Position numbers and translations under genes: made by a program. A stretch of 64,000 nucleotides of DNA from Ignavibacteriota bacterium (GTDB lineage Bacteria > Bacteroidota > Ignavibacteria > UBA10030 > CAVZMI01), in NCBI GenBank assembly GCA_963776275.1, contig CAVZMI010000032.1, forward strand, positions 32,001 through 96,000, read 5' to 3'. Position 1 is the stretch's first letter; every line of letters begins with the position of its first letter. Below the pieces are notes generated by a model, which saw nothing but the letters and a program-made list of their open reading frames with translations, searched no databases and was not told the origin of the DNA. Below, in pieces: positions 1-9,389 of this stretch.

Positions 1-1
1 T

Positions 2-160
2 CTAGATGAAACCGCTGCAAATACAATTATTTGCCTAATTCATCAGGCGGATTATTTGCTGGATCATCAATTGCGACAACTCGAAAAGCAATATTTATCC
101 GAGGGCGGCTTTACAGAAAAGTTATATGGTTTTAGAAAACGACAATCACAGCCACGCTAA
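2..160 (+). CDS. 3' end of a four-helix-bundle suffix domain protein (TIGR04258-like), truncated by the window edge
   Basis: Frame 2 reads LDETAANTIICLIHQADYLLDHQLRQLEKQYLSEGGFTEKLY...*, matching the AANxxICLIHQxxYLLDxQL..EGGFTE motif. Confidence 0.75.
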   Translation, partial: LDETAANTIICLIHQADYLLDHQLRQLEKQYLSEGGFTEKLYGFRKRQSQPR

Positions 161-300
161 AACGGTGTACGCTGTGATAGGATTCGGCGGACTTCGCCGA
201 CGTTTGGTTTCGTCACCAGCACCAGAAATGATCCGAAAAAGAGAAACAACTCGAAAGAAATCATATCAGAATGATATTGTTCAGTAATATCAGCAAAACG

Positions 301-2162
301 TCAACAGCATCGAAACGGCGGCGGCGTTACCTCATCGTCCGGTTCATTCGTTCCCGAACCGATGGCATAATCACTTCCATATTCGCGACTGCGCAATGCG
401 CGATATGACCTGCGTACTCCTTCAATAAGAATTGTGATCGCACAAATCATCATGGCCAGTGTAAGAGCCGAATTCACATATCCCTGGACTGCAGTTCCGG
501 GATTCCGCGTCAAAGGAAGAAAATTTGCCGTAATATTCAGCCACGAAGCCGTGAGCGTCGTCGCCGCCACAAACAGCAGCGGCAGCAGTGTCACCCACAC
601 ATACCGGATTTTCCCCGCATTGATTATTGCCGTCGATGCCACACATAATGCGACGCAGGCAAGAAGCTGATTGGCGTGCCGAACATCGGCCAGATGGTGC
701 TGATATTTCCCGCATAAATGAAATATGCCCATAACGACACGACGACACCAGTGGCTACTATATTTGCCGGAAGCCAGTTCATTTTCCCAAAAGGCTTATA
801 GAATTTCCCCACAAATTCCTGAACGAGGAAACGCCCGATTCTTGTTCCGGCATCAATCGTCGTGAGTATGAAAAGCGCTTCAAACATTATCGCAAAATGA
901 TACCAGTACGACATGAGACTTTTCATACCGGGTAATGCCGTAAAAATCTGTGCAAAGCCTACAGCGAGCGAGACCGCTCCACCGGGACGTCCTGCAACGA
1001 TTTCGCCTACCTCTCGCGAAAGCATATCAAGATTGACAGTCGAGTATCCAAGTGCCTTAAACTTCTCTATGGGAAGATTAATTGCGTAATAATCTCCCGG
1101 ATGAAGCGAGCTTGCGGCGATAAGTGCAATCACACCTACCAATCCTTCCATCAGCATCGCTCCATATCCGATCATCCGTGCATGCGATTCCTTATCGAGC
1201 ATCTTCGGCGTTGTCCCTGATGACACGAGAGAATGGAATCCCGAGATCGCACCGCATGCGATGGTAATGAACACGAACGGGAACAGCGGACCCGGAATGA
1301 TCGGCCCGCCCCCTGAAATAAATTCTGTAAATGCAGGCATCTGTAAATTTGGATGCACAACGAAAACACCGATGACAAGAGCGGCGATTGTACCTATCTT
1401 CATATATGAACTCAAATAATCGCGTGGGGCGAGTAAAAGCCAGACAGGAAGAATCGATGCAAAAAAACCGTACAGGGCAAGGGCAAAAATAATTCCTTCC
1501 CGGGAGAGGGTGAAAAACGATCCCAGCGATGAACCGGGTATCCACGCTCCAACAATTACTGCGGCAACTACTGCTGTCACACCGATTAAACTCGCCTCGG
1601 TAATATGCCCCTTTCGAAAGCGGTACATCCATAATCCGACGAAGATAGCAATAGGGATTGTCATCCCGATAGTAAACGTGCCCCATGAACTTTCACGAAG
1701 GGCATTTACCACGGCGAGACCCAGCCCAGAGAGCGCAATAATTATTATGATCATGATCGCGACCGAGCCGACCGTTCCTGCAAGAGGCGAAATTTCTCTC
1801 CGTGCAATTTCAGCAAGTGATTTTCCTTTATAACGAATGGATGCGGCAAGAATGACAAAATCGTGCACCCCCCCGGCAAGCACAACTCCGATTACAAGCC
1901 AGAGAAAACCGGGCATATATCCAAACTGCACTGCAAGTACCGGTCCGATTAACGGCCCTGCTCCTGAAATAGCGGCAAAATGATGACCGAAGAGTACCCA
2001 TTTATTTGTCGGCAAATAGTTGCTTCCGTCGTTTAGTGTATGTGCAGGTGTGACACGCAAATCGTTCAGAGCAACCACTTTGGCAGCAATAAACGCGCTA
2101 TAATAACGATAGGCTATTGCCATTATACAAAGTGCAAAAAGTAGTAATGGTAAAGCGTTCAT
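301..2162 (-). CDS. cstA: Carbon starvation protein A family transporter, split by a frameshift near 675
   Basis: [27 protein letters not shown] and [11 protein letters not shown] motifs; IWPMFG continues as ANQLLA in ORF 301..732; GGAGG upstream. Confidence 0.9.
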
Positions 2163-2202
2163 GAAGATCCTCCTGAGGAGAGACAGAAGACTAATATATT
2201 TC

Positions 2203-2251
2203 TGATTGATGATTGACGATTGATGATTGACGATGTATGATTGATAATTTA
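2203..2251. repeat. Tandem heptamer repeat, (T/C)GATTGA, about 6-7 units
   Basis: tgattga tgattga cgattga tgattga cgatgta tgattga seen directly. Confidence 0.85.
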
Positions 2252-2267
2252 TGTGTTGAAATGCTAT

Positions 2268-2620
2268 CTATTTTTTCCCTTTTGATCTAATCGCTGTTGC
2301 GGCAAAGATGGCGATAAGTTCATTTGCTTCAAGAAGTAGTGGTACTAATTGTTTTTCCGGTACTACTTTCAGCTCCTGTATCATCTCTAACCAGTACATC
2401 GACTCATCGGCTTCTTCCTCAACAATTTGAATCTTAGAAATGAAGTCGGCTTTAGAACGAGCTCTACAAGCAGACCGATAATTCGCGCCTACCGAAGTAG
2501 CCGATCTCGTCAACTGTTTTCCCAAAACATCTGTGATTTTACTATTCGGTAAAGACTCAATTAAACGAATAGAATCCAGTCCGAATTTTTAGTTCTTCTT
2601 TTAAGTTCGTCGGGAGTCAA
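2268..2620 (-). CDS. Four-helix-bundle protein (TIGR02436 / S23-IVS-like), frameshifted in an A run near 2586-2590
   Basis: KQLTRSATSVGANYRSACRARSKADFISKIQIVEEEADESMYWLE; N-terminus MTPDELKRRTK lies in another frame. Confidence 0.85.
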
Positions 2621-2678
2621 CGCAATGATCTCCATTCATGTGTTATATTATGAAATAATATCTGTACATTTTTGAAAC

Positions 2679-2707
2679 TCAACAATCAGAAATCAGAAAT
2701 CATCAAT
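2679..2707. repeat. Degenerate heptamer repeat, inverted relative to the 2203-2251 array
   Basis: tcaacaa tcagaaa tcagaaa tcatcaa. Confidence 0.6.
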
Positions 2708-2726
2708 ACAAAATAACTCTCGCCAT

Positions 2727-3113
2727 CTAAAAAGCGTCTTTATAATATCGTATAACGTGCTCTTTTTCATTTCCAACGATTGCCACCACATCGCATCGGC
2801 AGGAAACATCCCGTATGCCATGCTCGAGCAGGTATCCTTCCGCGATGCGCCTGATCTGCGACTGTTTACGCGCATGGACTTCATCCTCGGGTCTTCCGCC
2901 GCTATCCGACAGTTTTGATTTGACCTCGATAAAAACGAGTACTTCGCCGTCACGTGCAATAATATCAATCTCCCCCTTATCATACCGGTAATTCTTTTCG
3001 AGAATTATAAATCCCTGTGTGCGGAGGAATGATTCGGCGATCTTCTCTGCGATCGACCCTTTCATCCGCGCCGAAATTGAATCCTTCTGTTCTTTCGATA
3101 TATCGTCATCCAT
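2727..3113 (-). CDS. yraN: YraN family (UPF0102) nuclease-like protein
   Basis: G..AE..A..FL...G..ILEKNYR...GEIDIIARDG..LVFIEVK; start placed at MDDD, overlapping the rnhB stop. Confidence 0.9.
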   Translation of the reverse strand: MDDDISKEQKDSISARMKGSIAEKIAESFLRTQGFIILEKNYRYDKGEIDIIARDGEVLVFIEVKSKLSDSGGRPEDEVHARKQSQIRRIAEGYLLEHGIRDVSCRCDVVAIVGNEKEHVIRYYKDAF

Positions 3114-3759
3114 TATGCAGCATACCTTTGATATGGAAGGATCTGCGATGAATTGGACAATAACCGTGGACTTCGATTGCCCGAACATGCGCCGATGTGC
3201 AATAACCTTTATGTTTGTCGAATCCGTATTCCGGGTATTGTTCATGAAACTGCAGCATCATACGGTCCCGGGTCACTTTTGCGATAATCGACGCCGCGGC
3301 TATACTAATCGAACGAGTATCACCTTTGACAATTGCCCTCCAGGGAATTTGATCGTGGTTAAATGAGTTTCCATCCACGAGAATATATTCCGCCTGCGGT
3401 TGAAGCCGACACAGAGCATCCCGCATTGCCTGATACGTTGCCTGTAAGATATTTATTCGATCGATTTCATGATGATCAACGATTGCCACACCATGCGTAA
3501 TCGACGAACATACTATTTTTTCGAACAACCGCTCACGATGGGCCGGCGTCAGCTTCTTCGAATCGTCAATACCGGCAATCATCGTACCGGGAGGGAAAAT
3601 CACTGCGGCTGCGACGACCGGACCGGCGAGCGGACCGCGGCCGGCCTCATCAATACCGGCGACATTCAGGATCCCTCGATTCCAGAGAACCCGCTCGAAT
3701 CGCAACAGTGCCTGAAGCCGGAAATATTCTCTGTCAGTTATCGTGCCACTAGAAATCAT
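3106..3759 (-). CDS. rnhB: Ribonuclease HII
   Basis: AGIDEAGRGPLAGPVVAAAV, DSKKL, KGD..S.SIAAASIIAKVTRD, HKGY; start uncertain (3759 or 3816). Confidence 0.95.
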   Translation of the reverse strand: MISSGTITDREYFRLQALLRFERVLWNRGILNVAGIDEAGRGPLAGPVVAAAVIFPPGTMIAGIDDSKKLTPAHRERLFEKIVCSSITHGVAIVDHHEIDRINILQATYQAMRDALCRLQPQAEYILVDGNSFNHDQIPWRAIVKGDTRSISIAAASIIAKVTRDRMMLQFHEQYPEYGFDKHKGYCTSAHVRAIEVHGYCPIHRRSFHIKGMLHNG

Positions 3760-5524
3760 TGATGATTCCAAAATGGATTTTTCCTGTTGCGAAAGTATCT
3801 CCTTCACCCAATGCATAACTCACACGGACAATCCCCAACCCCGTTTCAAGCTGGAATCCTATCCCGTATCCTATCTTCGATGCTTGAGTTTCGGGGAGCG
3901 ACTGTACAGGGTTGCCCGGATAGAGGTAATACCCTAAATCGGTAAATGCATAAGCAAACGAATGGCGGCCGATTGACAAACGATATTCCAGTGAACCCCA
4001 CACCAGCCGGGAGCCGATGAATTGGTTCTCACGGTACCCGCGGAGTGTCTGTGCGCCGCCGAATCGAAAAAGATCGGGCTCTGTCATTGCATTGCTGCGG
4101 AGTTCTCTTGCATGGATACTCGAGGCAAGTACCATACGTGAAAATGTGGGTACATACCATTCAAAATCAAGCGAATATCGCTGTAGCGATGAATGTTCCT
4201 CTGTCCCGGCTTCTCCATCACCGATGGTTTTCTCTCCCACCCGAACGTCACTCCGATAGAGATATCCGCGACTCGGAGCAGTGGGGTCGTCACGAGTATC
4301 GTAGCGCACTTCGATTCCGGAACTCACTGACGTGCTTGCGGGAATCGATGAACCGGTAGCGGATGCCGATGGAATGACCTGATCAAATGAAAAGAGAACG
4401 GATAATGTCAGATTATCAAATGCTGTAACCTCAGCCCTGACGTCATATGTCCGCTGAACGTATGTCGTATCCTGCTGACGTTGAAAAAAGCCAAGTCCGA
4501 CATTCAAAGGAAGTCCTGCAATCCAGGGTTCGAAATACTGGAGTTGAAGTTCCTGGGTCGACACACTCTCGTGCTGCCATCGCGCGCCAAGACGTCGCCC
4601 CGTTCCGAATATGTTTTTCAAGAGCACATTCACCATTCCGGTAAACATCCCACTTTCATTCCCCGGAGACGGAGGGAGATAACCGATGATTCCATCGAAT
4701 GTATTCATCGCCGCTTCCGAGACCCGGAGTTTCAATCCTCCTCCCTGTTCCGTCATGATAATTTCGGGTTCATCAACCGTACTGAAGAAACCCAGCCGAA
4801 GAAGCCGCTTACGTACCGCTTCCATTTCGCTTGACCGGTAGAGATCGCCCAACGTAATGCGCGATTCACGCAGGATAACTTCGGGTCGTGTCGTTGAATT
4901 TCCCACGACATCGATCCGATTGATTGTAACACGAGGTCCCTCTACTATATCCAATCTCAGAACAAGACCGTCGCGTTTCTCATCCAGATGATGATGGGAA
5001 GTGATTTCTCCTATTGTAACCGACGCAAAAGGATAACCACGTTCCGAATATTCTCTGATGAGTGCATGGATATCGCTTTCCAGAATCTTATCGATAAGCA
5101 CAGAATTAGGTTGCGTCTCAAACCATGATAGCGCTTCATAGGCAGAGAAGAGTTGCATCGAACGAAAACCGATAGAGTCGATTATAGTGAGAGGCCCTTC
5201 ACTTATCCATACATCGATGATTTTCGCCGGTCGATCTGATTCCCCTGTTGTATCAATCGAATCGATCCGAGTATAATAAAAACCGAGGCGTTGATACTGT
5301 TCCAGTAATGGGTTAAAAAACGAGCGGAGCGAGTCGGAAATACTACGAGTGTGAATTTTTGGAAGAACAATCTGCCGGGCTTCGTTCTGTGAGATGTTTG
5401 TGAGACCGTGAAATCGGATATCGGTAATACGTGAATTTTCTTGAGAAAAAACGATGGCGGGTGCAAAGCACACTAGAAACAGTATGTCTCGCAAATCACG
5501 GAATAACCGGCACCATGGTGTCAT
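3749..5524 (-). CDS. Omp85 (BamA/TamA) family outer membrane protein with POTRA domains
   Basis: POTRA-like repeats, LRGYRENQF loop motif, C-terminal Phe. Confidence 0.85.
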   Translation of the reverse strand: MTPWCRLFRDLRDILFLVCFAPAIVFSQENSRITDIRFHGLTNISQNEARQIVLPKIHTRSISDSLRSFFNPLLEQYQRLGFYYTRIDSIDTTGESDRPAKIIDVWISEGPLTIIDSIGFRSMQLFSAYEALSWFETQPNSVLIDKILESDIHALIREYSERGYPFASVTIGEITSHHHLDEKRDGLVLRLDIVEGPRVTINRIDVVGNSTTRPEVILRESRITLGDLYRSSEMEAVRKRLLRLGFFSTVDEPEIIMTEQGGGLKLRVSEAAMNTFDGIIGYLPPSPGNESGMFTGMVNVLLKNIFGTGRRLGARWQHESVSTQELQLQYFEPWIAGLPLNVGLGFFQRQQDTTYVQRTYDVRAEVTAFDNLTLSVLFSFDQVIPSASATGSSIPASTSVSSGIEVRYDTRDDPTAPSRGYLYRSDVRVGEKTIGDGEAGTEEHSSLQRYSLDFEWYVPTFSRMVLASSIHARELRSNAMTEPDLFRFGGAQTLRGYRENQFIGSRLVWGSLEYRLSIGRHSFAYAFTDLGYYLYPGNPVQSLPETQASKIGYGIGFQLETGLGIVRVSYALGEGDTFATGKIHFGIINDF

Positions 5525-5539
5525 TGTAGTATAAAATTA

Positions 5540-6850
5540 TTAGTGTGGGAGGCGTCTCCAAATCTCCCAATCTAAATTCTGTAAACGGTAGTCTCCAAAA
5601 CCTGTCTCATCAATAAATATTAATGATTGCTTGATATCGTCATACGTCCAGATTTCATAAGGTTTTGAATCCATTTCGAAAGGATGACGATCCACAGAAT
5701 TCGGCGGGCCGAAAATGATATAGATCATCCCCATGTCTGTTTTCCATCCCGGGCGGTATCGTGTGAATCGTTTATTGGCGAACGCTACACGCCGGTAATA
5801 CTCATCCATTATTTCATTCTTAGGCGTACCGGGAGTTGGATCTTTTTTCTTCCAGAAATCCATGAATCTCTTTTGCTTTTCCGATACTGTTTGTGCTTCA
5901 AACATGGAATCCAATTCTGCATCCTGTGCAATATATTTCATTTGTTTAATTGCCTCATCCAGATCGCGTATCGACAACGGCATTCCTCTCCAATGTAACG
6001 ATATCTGTTTCCGGCTTGTACTTACAAATACCGTATCAGCATTCCTTCCCCTTGGATGACTTTCAAGATAGATTGTATATTCCCCCGCGGGTACGCTTAC
6101 AGAGTCGATCTTTATAAATTCCTGAATCCCTTGTGATTCTATATGTCGTATACTCGATTCTGTATATACTTTTTCTCTTTTAGAATCGATAAAGGAATAT
6201 CGGAATTCCACCGAATCCGGCTTTCCAACCGGATAATATTCGAAGAAGAGATAAAAACCACCCTCCAGATTTCCGACATTCCCTGAAATATTCGGAGTGA
6301 TAATCCGCCGATTATCCTCCATCGTGAGCTTACTCACCAGCATGATATCGCTCAACTCGGTCTGCCGATGAGCGTAATCCGGAATATGAATTTTTCGCGT
6401 TTCCTGCAATCCACGTTTCGATTCCAAATCAAGATAATTGATTTTTAAGGTATATGCCCCAGGTTTAAGAGTAAAACTTCTCTCCGACATGATGTAATAT
6501 TGGGGGGAAATTGAAACGTCAAATGTATCCGTGGTTGCACGATCATTCCATGTTTTTTCAATCACCATCCGGTCTTGGTCGTCATATACACCCACTGTAA
6601 CCTCGTACTGTGCGGTGTAGGACTGTTTCAAGCGGATAAAACTCAATTGATCATATCCCACCTGAACGTACATATCAAGCCGCGCGTTTGTCGAATCTCC
6701 TGTCGAGAAACTCATCGCATCGATAAATACTTCTAATGGATTATCACTCGATTCGCTATAAGCCTCAATTTGAGCATATCCACGGAGTGATGAACAAAGG
6801 ATAATCCCTAAGAACATCAATATCTTCGATACAATATGTATACATTTCAT
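5540..6850 (-). CDS. GWxTD domain protein
   Basis: FWKKKDPTPGT..NE...EYYRRV..AN..F....PGWKTDMGMIYIIFGPP; signal peptide. Confidence 0.9.
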   Translation of the reverse strand: MKCIHIVSKILMFLGIILCSSLRGYAQIEAYSESSDNPLEVFIDAMSFSTGDSTNARLDMYVQVGYDQLSFIRLKQSYTAQYEVTVGVYDDQDRMVIEKTWNDRATTDTFDVSISPQYYIMSERSFTLKPGAYTLKINYLDLESKRGLQETRKIHIPDYAHRQTELSDIMLVSKLTMEDNRRIITPNISGNVGNLEGGFYLFFEYYPVGKPDSVEFRYSFIDSKREKVYTESSIRHIESQGIQEFIKIDSVSVPAGEYTIYLESHPRGRNADTVFVSTSRKQISLHWRGMPLSIRDLDEAIKQMKYIAQDAELDSMFEAQTVSEKQKRFMDFWKKKDPTPGTPKNEIMDEYYRRVAFANKRFTRYRPGWKTDMGMIYIIFGPPNSVDRHPFEMDSKPYEIWTYDDIKQSLIFIDETGFGDYRLQNLDWEIWRRLPH

Positions 6851-6898
6851 GACTGCATCTCCTCTACAATAACATTCATACAACTCGCACAAATCGCT

Positions 6899-8197
6899 CT
6901 ATACCAACCTGCAAATTATATCTCCGTACAGATCATACTCAACCGCATCCGAAATCGATACCTCATAGAATTCTCCACAGCGAGCTTCGACACCGCGACA
7001 ATATACTTCATTATCGATTTCCGGAGCATCCGATTCTGTGCGGCCGATATACCACCCCTGCTCAATCCTATCGATAAGAACGGGGAATTTCTTCCCCACC
7101 ATACTCTGATTCCGGGCTTCCGAGATATCGCGCTGGAGCTCCATGATTCGAGATAACCGTTCTTCCTTGACTTCTGATGGAACAGGATCGCCAAGTTCAT
7201 GGGCTGGAGTCCCCTCTTCATGCGAATACGAAAATACTCCAAGCCGTTCGAACCGTTCTTCGCCAACATAATTAAAAAGCTCCTCAAAATCCTCTGCTGT
7301 TTCTGTCGGGTATCCGACAATGAGCGTCGTGCGCAGCGCGATATCCGGTACCATATCACGGAACGCCTTAAGAAGTTCTCTCGTCGCCTTCTGTGTAATC
7401 CCACGGCGCATCGACCGCAGCACCCCATCCGAAATATGCTGGATCGGTATATCAATATACCGGCACAGTTTCGGCGTTCTCCCGAATATATCCAAAATCT
7501 CCATGGGGAACTTCGCCGGGTACACATACATCAGGCGAATCCATTTAATGCCATCGACTGCCGCGATTTCTTCGAGCAACTTTGCCAGCATCCTATTGCC
7601 AGTACGATCAAGACCATATGCTGTCGTATCCTGCCCGATAATGATAATTTCTTTTACTCCTCGCAATGCAAGAAGCTCGACTTCTTTTAGAATTTCTTCG
7701 ATCGGACGCGAAACAAGCCGGCCTCGCATCAGAGGAATCGAGCAGAAAGAGCAGGGATTATCGCATCCCTCCGATATCTTCAGATATGCATAATGCGTCG
7801 GTGTCGTCAATACCCGCTCACCGATCATCCCGTAGCGATAACGGCCTCCAAGCTCTTCGAGCAGAGCTGGAATTTCGTGTGTTCCAAAAAATCGGTCGAC
7901 TTCCGGTATTTCCTTCGCTAATTCCGATCTATAGCGCTCGACAAGACAACCCATCACAAGTACTTTTTTAAGCTTCTTCACATCCTTCTGACGTATTGTC
8001 TCAACAATAGTATCAATCGATTCTGCCCGTGCTGCATTAATGAATCCGCATGTATTGATGATCGCGATATCGGCGTCATCTATATTCCCGGCAAGTTCAA
8101 TACCATTAAGCCTCATCTGTCCCATCAACGTCTCGGAATCGACGACATTTTTCGGACATCCGAGTGTGATCATGCTGACTTTTGTTCGCGCCGCCAT
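6899..8197 (-). CDS. rimO: Ribosomal protein S12 methylthiotransferase
   Basis: LGCPKNVVDSE, INTCGFI, radical SAM CDNPCSFC, TRAM domain DAPEID. Confidence 0.95.
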   Translation of the reverse strand: MAARTKVSMITLGCPKNVVDSETLMGQMRLNGIELAGNIDDADIAIINTCGFINAARAESIDTIVETIRQKDVKKLKKVLVMGCLVERYRSELAKEIPEVDRFFGTHEIPALLEELGGRYRYGMIGERVLTTPTHYAYLKISEGCDNPCSFCSIPLMRGRLVSRPIEEILKEVELLALRGVKEIIIIGQDTTAYGLDRTGNRMLAKLLEEIAAVDGIKWIRLMYVYPAKFPMEILDIFGRTPKLCRYIDIPIQHISDGVLRSMRRGITQKATRELLKAFRDMVPDIALRTTLIVGYPTETAEDFEELFNYVGEERFERLGVFSYSHEEGTPAHELGDPVPSEVKEERLSRIMELQRDISEARNQSMVGKKFPVLIDRIEQGWYIGRTESDAPEIDNEVYCRGVEARCGEFYEVSISDAVEYDLYGDIICRLV

Positions 8198-8218
8198 ATC
8201 CCCCGATCCCCCCTTTCC

Positions 8219-9142
8219 TTATGGACGCAATACGATGCCTCCGAGATACAGGTATAAAACGGGCGATACAAATAGCAGACTATCGAACCGGTCCAGCACC
8301 CCACCATGTCCAGGAATGATGGACGATGAGTCTTTCACTCCTACATCTCTCTTCAAGAGAGATTCCACGAGGTCGCCAATTTGTCCGACAACGCCCACAA
8401 TCATCCCCATCATAAGGCTCTCACCAAGAGTAAGATACTGCAGGACTAAATACTTTGCTGCTATTGCCGCGATAACCGCTCCGGCCAACCCGCATATTGC
8501 ACCTTCCCAGGTTTTTTTCGGACTGACCCGTTCAAAGAGTTTATGACGCCCCATTGCACGGCCGCCAAAGTATGCAGCAGAATCACAAACCCAGATGACG
8601 GCGAAAATTGAGACAAGTGTCATCCCGCCCCATTGTTCGATCGTCGACGAATTATATCCGAAAAATCGTATCGCAGGAATCTCTGCATCGAACAATTCGC
8701 GAATTCCGATCAAGGTCCCAAAGAATAACGGTATGTACAGCACTCCGAATACCGTCGCTGTCAGATTCACCAAAGCAGATCCGTTTTTCCTGAATAATTC
8801 GCGGAGTAACACCCACCAGACAAAAAAAACGAGGACGATAACGATGAGATGAGCCTGGGATGGAATATATTGTCGAATCGTTTGCGCGATCCCCCCGAAT
8901 GGAGCAAGTCCGAGTATACGATCCATTTCGAATGCAAGCGTGATGATAATACCCGCTATTGCACCCTCAATCGCCAGTGGTTTCGCTCCTTTTACTTCTG
9001 CGAGGCGATACAACTCGAGCAGGGCGACCGTTTCTAATACCGCGACCATCCCCCACACCCAGAATCCGCCAATTAAACAGATAACAACAATACACGGTAT
9101 ACCGACGACCGCAACGAGTATCCGAATAAAAGTATTACTCAT
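8219..9142 (-). CDS. cdsA: Phosphatidate cytidylyltransferase
   Basis: SPKKTWEG, GDLVES..KR..GVKDS...IPGHGGVLDRFDS. Confidence 0.95.
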   Translation of the reverse strand: MSNTFIRILVAVVGIPCIVVICLIGGFWVWGMVAVLETVALLELYRLAEVKGAKPLAIEGAIAGIIITLAFEMDRILGLAPFGGIAQTIRQYIPSQAHLIVIVLVFFVWWVLLRELFRKNGSALVNLTATVFGVLYIPLFFGTLIGIRELFDAEIPAIRFFGYNSSTIEQWGGMTLVSIFAVIWVCDSAAYFGGRAMGRHKLFERVSPKKTWEGAICGLAGAVIAAIAAKYLVLQYLTLGESLMMGMIVGVVGQIGDLVESLLKRDVGVKDSSSIIPGHGGVLDRFDSLLFVSPVLYLYLGGIVLRP

Positions 9143-9389
9143 GAAAAGTTATTCTGACATCAGTACATTTTACTGGTTCTTTCCTCCATAGAAGAGACGG
9201 GAGTCACACTCCATGATAAGAAAAATTTTTACCTTCTGCAAGAATATTCTGGAAGAGCAGAAAGTGTGAAAAAATTACTCTAAAACGACACAATCGAAAA
9301 AATATTTTATTTAGGACAATTGATACTGATGCAAATATGAAGTATCTTTAGTCAGAAAGGACGGATGAAGTAATCATCCGAAAAAATTT

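Noticed and set aside
2268-2620. Diversity-generating retroelement (Avd-like gene; paralogous 3' repeats elsewhere)
   Set aside because: There is no reverse transcriptase, and repeat mismatches (e.g. 23375 vs 26372) are not adenine-specific.
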